Of a stretch of DNA of 64,000 bases, positions 59,430-64,000 are shown piece by piece. A model generated the notes under the pieces. The model saw nothing but the letters and a program-made list of their open reading frames with translations. It made no database searches and was not told the DNA's origin. Within the stretch, counting starts at the first letter, position 1; each line of letters starts with the position of its first letter. The stretch is from Cyanophora paradoxa CCMP329 (Eukaryota; Plantae; Glaucophyta): assembly GCA_004431415.1 (NCBI GenBank), contig QPMI01000580.1, positions 1 to 64,000 of the forward strand, given 5' to 3'. The translations under genes and the position numbers were made by a program.

Positions 59430-60370
59430 CACTAGTAAAAGGGGGGTCGCCGGAGCCTGTTTCAGCCTGATTAATATCAGGCTAGCCTGATTCGAAAACA
59501 GGCTGGAATCAGGCTGAGCCGCCAGCCTGAATCCAGCCTGATTGCCAAACAGGCTAGCCTGATTTCTTTACAGGCTGGACTCCAGCCTGCACCCAAGCCT
59601 AATTCGAATAGTTATCAGGCTGGAGTCGGCTGGTCAGGCTGAATCAGGCTGAGCACGGCGCGGCCGCTCCCCTCGATCCTCGATGAAGGTACGCGCTCCT
59701 CCCGGCCGGCCGCTCGCCGGCGCCCGATCCCGGCCGAGGCCCGCTCGCCCTTGCTGACTCGCGGTTCCAGATCTTTGCCTGCTTCGAGGCGTGCAGCCCC
59801 GCGCGACTTCGCCTCGCGATCCTCGATGAAGGTACGCGCTCCTCCCGGCCGGCCGCTCGCCGGCGCCCGATCCCGGCCGAGGCCCGCTCGCCCTTGCTGA
59901 CTCGCGGTTCCAGATCTTTGCCTGCTTCGAGGCGTGCAGCCCCGCGCGACTTCGCCTCGCGATCCTCGATGAAGGTACGCGCTCCTCCCGGCCGGCTGCT
60001 CGCCGGCGCCCGATCCCGGCCGAGGCCCGCTCGCCCTTGCTGACTCGCGGCCCCAGATCTCGCATGCGGGCGACTGGCAGCACAAGCTGCGACGTTCGAT
60101 GTGGATGCGCATTGGCGACCGCCGCCCTCCAGCGCTCCCTTGCTCCCCCGGCGCTACGGGCAGCGCGACGAGGCTAATTGTAATGTCTGGTTTAGTTTCA
60201 GTTATTGAATGTTTAGTGCGTTTAGATGTAGAACAGCGCTTTTCGTATGTGCAATTCGAGTTCGGATGCTTCTACGTGTGCTGGCGCGGTGCTGGGGGCG
60301 GGGCGGGGGGTAGCAAGCCTGAAATAAGCCTGATTCAAGCCTGATGTTCAAGCCTGTTTGAAAAAAAAAT
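59430..60370. mobile_element. CACTA (En/Spm)-type non-autonomous element: left end and internal part; right TIR not in the window
   Basis: Begins CACTAGTAAAAGGGGGG. About 16 AGCCTG/CAGGCT motifs in both orientations at 59454-59650, an internal tandem repeat, and a second AAGCCTG cluster at 60315-60356. No transposase ORF. Confidence 0.7.
59674..60060 (+). repeat. 143-bp tandem repeat, about 2.7 near-identical copies
   Basis: Units begin CGATCCTCGATGAAGGTACG at 59674, 59817 and 59960. Confidence 0.95.
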
Positions 60371-63300
60371 GAGAGAGGACCTGATTCTGTGGCCCACCCC
60401 TCTTCACCACCCTCACCTCTCCGAACCCACCCCAACCCACCCAATCCAGCGTCTTCCCAGCCATCACTCTCGCCAACCCTTCCGCTACGTCTACCGTCCT
60501 TCTCTCCCTCTGGTCTACCTCCCCTTCCATCCAGCAACCACTAGGTAGTATCTAACGTCTACTCCAATCGATCTTGCAAAAGATATAGCAGTGATTTGAG
60601 ACGGGCCCCCAACGCGACGGTCTGCAGAGATAGCTTAATCAGCAGCTAGGCGTTAATACTGTGTTCTTCCTATCTAAATAGCGGAGAGGTTTCCAGGTTC
60701 TAGCTAGACGATAAAACTATATAATCGAAGCTGATTGCATATGCGAGTTTAGGTTCTAGTTAGTCAATAATACTGTGTGGATGATAGCGCCGGTCTTTGA
60801 ATCACCAAAGGGTCACCGCAATTGAGGTTTCTCTTATTTTGTCTTAAAGAGATCCCTTTCCAATATTGCTATGTGAAGTTGCGTTTGGAACAAGCAAAAA
60901 AATTGTGATATATACTTCCAATGGACGTTACCCAAAATAATGCAGCGACTCGGCGCTTCCGGTTGGCCAGAATCAAAGACCAGATCGAAGCGCTCGCGAT
61001 TTCATTGTATAATCGACGCGTCATACATGGAGCTTTCAAAAATAAATTGATTAGAATTTCAGCACAAGGGTCGAGAACACGGTTTGCAACTTTGGAAAAG
61101 TACGCTTCACTTTTGAACGAACTTGCAAGACTTCCTAGGCCAGCGCGTCCTGTGTCAGGTCGTCGACTAGAGCTGGCGATCGCAGAGGTGCAGGCAGAGA
61201 TCGTCCGTGGCTTTGCCGAGCTGCCTGAGGATGACGGTGGAAATGATGTTCAAATCAATGACGGAAATACTACAACAGCGCTTGACGGGCGATATGCGGA
61301 GTGGAAATACCAATTGCCTCGCGGTTCTGGCCGCGTAACATCAATGCAAGCTCGCTTCGAGAATTCTGAGCAGTTCAAACAGAATGCTATATCATTCGTA
61401 AGCGCCCAGGTAAATCTTGCAGAGGCGGTAAGAATGGGCATTGCACTACAAATCTCTGGATTGGGTGTCTACAGAAAGCCAGAGACAGATTCTACGATCG
61501 CTATCGTTATTGAACATCGTCGTTTCGATCGCATCGAGCCAGGGACAAGCATTGAGGCGGCCTTGCGTTCACAGCTCGAAGAATTAGACATGATCTCGGC
61601 AGAGAAAAGCAGGGATTCCTCAGTATTTGACACGTGGGTGTATCTGGTCTTTAAAACTGTGCGCTATTTCCGCAGGATTGGTGGCCGTGGCCGAGGCTTT
61701 GTACTGCCAAAGTGGCTCTCAGACAAGCACGCGCTTATCAATATAAATGCACCGAACAACGAGTGCTTTAAATACGCAGTCCTTGCTGCTCGCAATCCAT
61801 TGGGCGAAGGTGTTGATTCTCGGCATGCAGGGAACTACCGCCAGCACGAGACATCGCTGGACTGCTCAATGCTTACATATCCGACCCCGCTTGACTCGAG
61901 GATGTTCACCAAATTCGAGCAAGCAAATAACGTCAAGCTCTGCGTTTATACAACTGCTCTAGATAAGCAGGATATCATACCAATCCATATCAGTGCTGCG
62001 AGAGACGCAATCCCAATACTGTATGTGCCGGCTGGGGATGGAAACGATGTCGGGCATTACCTCTGGATTAAGAGCGTCTCACGACTGTTCCGAAAGAACG
62101 AATCAAATGCAAAGCACTATTGCTTAGCCTGCCAGGTCGGTTTTAGCTCAGATCAAGCATTTGAAAATCATCTGAAATATGACCGTTGCCTTGATCGGGA
62201 TGAACACGCAAGAGATGTTCTGCCGGAGAAAGGAGCACATATCCAGAAGTTTATTAACTTTGAGTACTCAATCCGGCAACGTCTGGTCGGATATGCTGAT
62301 TCAGAGACGATTACAATGCCAATTCCCTGCATTAGTGGAAAGACCGAAAAGAAAGGTGTGCATGTGATTGCTTCAGTCGGCTGTCTGGTTGTATCTTCAA
62401 AAGGTGAACAGTTTTGTTTCAAATACATGGGTTCGGAGAGCGAGGACTGCACTGAGAAGTTCGTGCAATGGTTGGACGAAATGGAACCACAATTCCGAGA
62501 GCTTTTGCGAGAGACTGCACCAATCCAGATTACTCAGGAAGAGGAGCAGCGTTTTCAAACGACGACCGAGTGCTACATGTGCAAGAACACGTTCAAGGAT
62601 GCGAAAGACAAGCACCGTGATCACTGCCACGAATCTGGCCGATATTTCGGGGCTGCCTGCAGAGCTTGCAATCGACGCCGCGCGAAATCAGCTGCTGTTC
62701 CATTATTCTGGCACAACGGTCGAGGATTTGACTTCCACCTGCTCGTACGTGCTCTAGCATCTGGCTATAACCGTCGTTTAGCAGCTTGGAAGGAGTTTCA
62801 AGCGCATGTCGAAAGCGAGTTTGAAAGCAAGTACGGTGGGCGTGAGATGACCCCAGAGCAGAAAAAGAAGGCGAAGAAGGGGCTCGAACGCCGGCTCCGC
62901 CCGCAGAGTCTCCTTTCGATAAAATTCGATCAGGTCTTCCAGAATAGCGAGCGAATTTCGCAGTTCAAGTATGGAATTTACGTTCTACGGGACTCGGCTC
63001 AGCACTTGAATGCGAGCTTGGACGACCTTGCAAAGGCTCTGCCCGCGGAGAAGAAGAAGATCACGCGCTCGCTGTATCTGGACGAGACTCGGTTCAAGCT
63101 GATGACTAGCAAAGGGATTTACCCTTATGACTACATGACGAGCTGGGCTCGCTTTCAGGAGTCTAAACTGCCTGCACGTCGTTATTTCAAAAATCAGCTT
63201 AAACAGAAGAAATGCACGAAAGATGAGTACGCACATGCGAAGGCTGTTTGGCGAGAGCTCGGCTGCAGAACGCTATCAGGCTATACAATGGAGTATATGA

Positions 63301-64000
63301 TGACAGATATCGCGTTACTAGCTGACGTGTTTGAAAACTATCGTGATACGTGTATTGAAACGTATGGCCTAGATCCTAGCTATTTTATGTCATCGCCGGG
63401 ATTTGCTTGGCAGGCAGCACTTAAGCACACTGGAGTGAAGCTCGAGCTCTTTCACGAGGGGCAGCAGGATATGCACAGATTTATAGAATCCGGGATCAGG
63501 GGCGGAATCTCAATGATCTCAAAACGCTACGCACGAGCTGAGAACAAATATTTGAGCATAAAGTTCAACAAGTACACCCACGCTGTTGAGCCTACAGTCT
63601 CACAGTCTACATGCATTTCTAACTACTACCGAACACACAAGGAATCGTGGCTCATGTACCTCGATGCAAACAACTTGTACGGCGTCGCAATGAAGCGCAA
63701 GCTACCCACAGGAGATTTCCGCTGGGATAAACTAGATCAAGACGTTGATGTAATGCAGTACGTTGCAAGCCTTGACGCGGATGGAGCTCGTGGCTATGCT
63801 CTCGAAGTCGATATGTACATGCCTGAGCATCTCCATGACGAGTTCTCAGACTATCCGCTGGCCCCTGAACGGATGTGTGTGTCCAAGGAACACCTATCAA
63901 AGCGACAACAGGATATGATTAACGACGAGAAGCTTACCTCAGTTGAACGAACTCCAAAGCTCGTTCCAAATCTGCTTCCAAAAAAGAATTATGTTGTTGA
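60371..64000 (+). mobile_element. Polinton/Maverick (endogenous polinton-like virus), left part; exact terminus uncertain (about 60371 or about 60543)
   Basis: Abrupt drop in GC content, no introns, pPolB ORF. Candidate termini are GAGAGAG at 60371 and AGGTAGTA at 60543. Confidence 0.85.
60921..64000 (+). CDS. polB: Protein-primed family B DNA polymerase (Polinton type) with OTU-like protease region, Zn finger and Endonuclease VII insert; >1020 codons, open at the window end
   Basis: Uninterrupted ORF from ATG 60921. Motifs: NNECFKYAVLA, GHYLWIK, CLAC..HLKY, YADSE (ExoI), CYMC..RDHCHESGRYFGAACRACN, WHNGRGFD (ExoII), KGIYPYDY, YMMTDIALLADVFE (ExoIII), IRGGIS, YLDANNLYGVAM, YPLAPE, KLVPNL. Confidence 0.97.
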   Translation, partial: MDVTQNNAATRRFRLARIKDQIEALAISLYNRRVIHGAFKNKLIRISAQGSRTRFATLEKYASLLNELARLPRPARPVSGRRLELAIAEVQAEIVRGFAELPEDDGGNDVQINDGNTTTALDGRYAEWKYQLPRGSGRVTSMQARFENSEQFKQNAISFVSAQVNLAEAVRMGIALQISGLGVYRKPETDSTIAIVIEHRRFDRIEPGTSIEAALRSQLEELDMISAEKSRDSSVFDTWVYLVFKTVRYFRRIGGRGRGFVLPKWLSDKHALININAPNNECFKYAVLAARNPLGEGVDSRHAGNYRQHETSLDCSMLTYPTPLDSRMFTKFEQANNVKLCVYTTALDKQDIIPIHISAARDAIPILYVPAGDGNDVGHYLWIKSVSRLFRKNESNAKHYCLACQVGFSSDQAFENHLKYDRCLDRDEHARDVLPEKGAHIQKFINFEYSIRQRLVGYADSETITMPIPCISGKTEKKGVHVIASVGCLVVSSKGEQFCFKYMGSESEDCTEKFVQWLDEMEPQFRELLRETAPIQITQEEEQRFQTTTECYMCKNTFKDAKDKHRDHCHESGRYFGAACRACNRRRAKSAAVPLFWHNGRGFDFHLLVRALASGYNRRLAAWKEFQAHVESEFESKYGGREMTPEQKKKAKKGLERRLRPQSLLSIKFDQVFQNSERISQFKYGIYVLRDSAQHLNASLDDLAKALPAEKKKITRSLYLDETRFKLMTSKGIYPYDYMTSWARFQESKLPARRYFKNQLKQKKCTKDEYAHAKAVWRELGCRTLSGYTMEYMMTDIALLADVFENYRDTCIETYGLDPSYFMSSPGFAWQAALKHTGVKLELFHEGQQDMHRFIESGIRGGISMISKRYARAENKYLSIKFNKYTHAVEPTVSQSTCISNYYRTHKESWLMYLDANNLYGVAMKRKLPTGDFRWDKLDQDVDVMQYVASLDADGARGYALEVDMYMPEHLHDEFSDYPLAPERMCVSKEHLSKRQQDMINDEKLTSVERTPKLVPNLLPKKNYVV

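Overview
This is a gene-dense, very GC-rich eukaryotic nuclear region. The six-frame ORF track is largely uninformative because nearly every gene is split by many short (about 50-110 nt) spliceosomal introns. Splicing by hand gives about 22 genes: a soluble-type class III adenylyl cyclase, WD40-RING E3, cytochrome b561, cystinosin, TIGR01777/GC1 epimerase, pRiA4b-ORF3-family protein, TraB-like protein, BRAP2, YJU2, DnaJ-type Zn-finger protein, Vsr-like nuclease/Zn-finger protein, OTU DUB, NEK kinase, ASCC3 helicase, PhzF, F-box/LRR, AMSH, 5-formyl-THF cyclo-ligase and several unknowns. Two proteins carry N-terminal extensions with an early Phe and an S-x-F..G motif. With the base composition this suggests an alga with a primary plastid, most likely a glaucophyte such as Cyanophora (inference only). 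The main points of interest are five. (1) A ~127-nt Pol III-type, vault-RNA-like ncRNA candidate at 2926-3052(-). (2) A Vsr/DUF559-like nuclease plus GATA-like Zn-finger gene directly followed by a punctuated (AAAGCTC)n array. (3) A nested insertion at the right end: a host gene cut by a CACTA-type element, followed by a Polinton/Maverick with an intact pPolB ORF (60921 to the window end; missing from the ORF track because it has no stop in the window). (4) A very high share of GC-AG introns. (5) A Pol II CTD-like heptad tract in the WD40-RING protein. Several single-base frameshifts in G/C runs look like assembly errors. All gene models are manual and no database searches were run.
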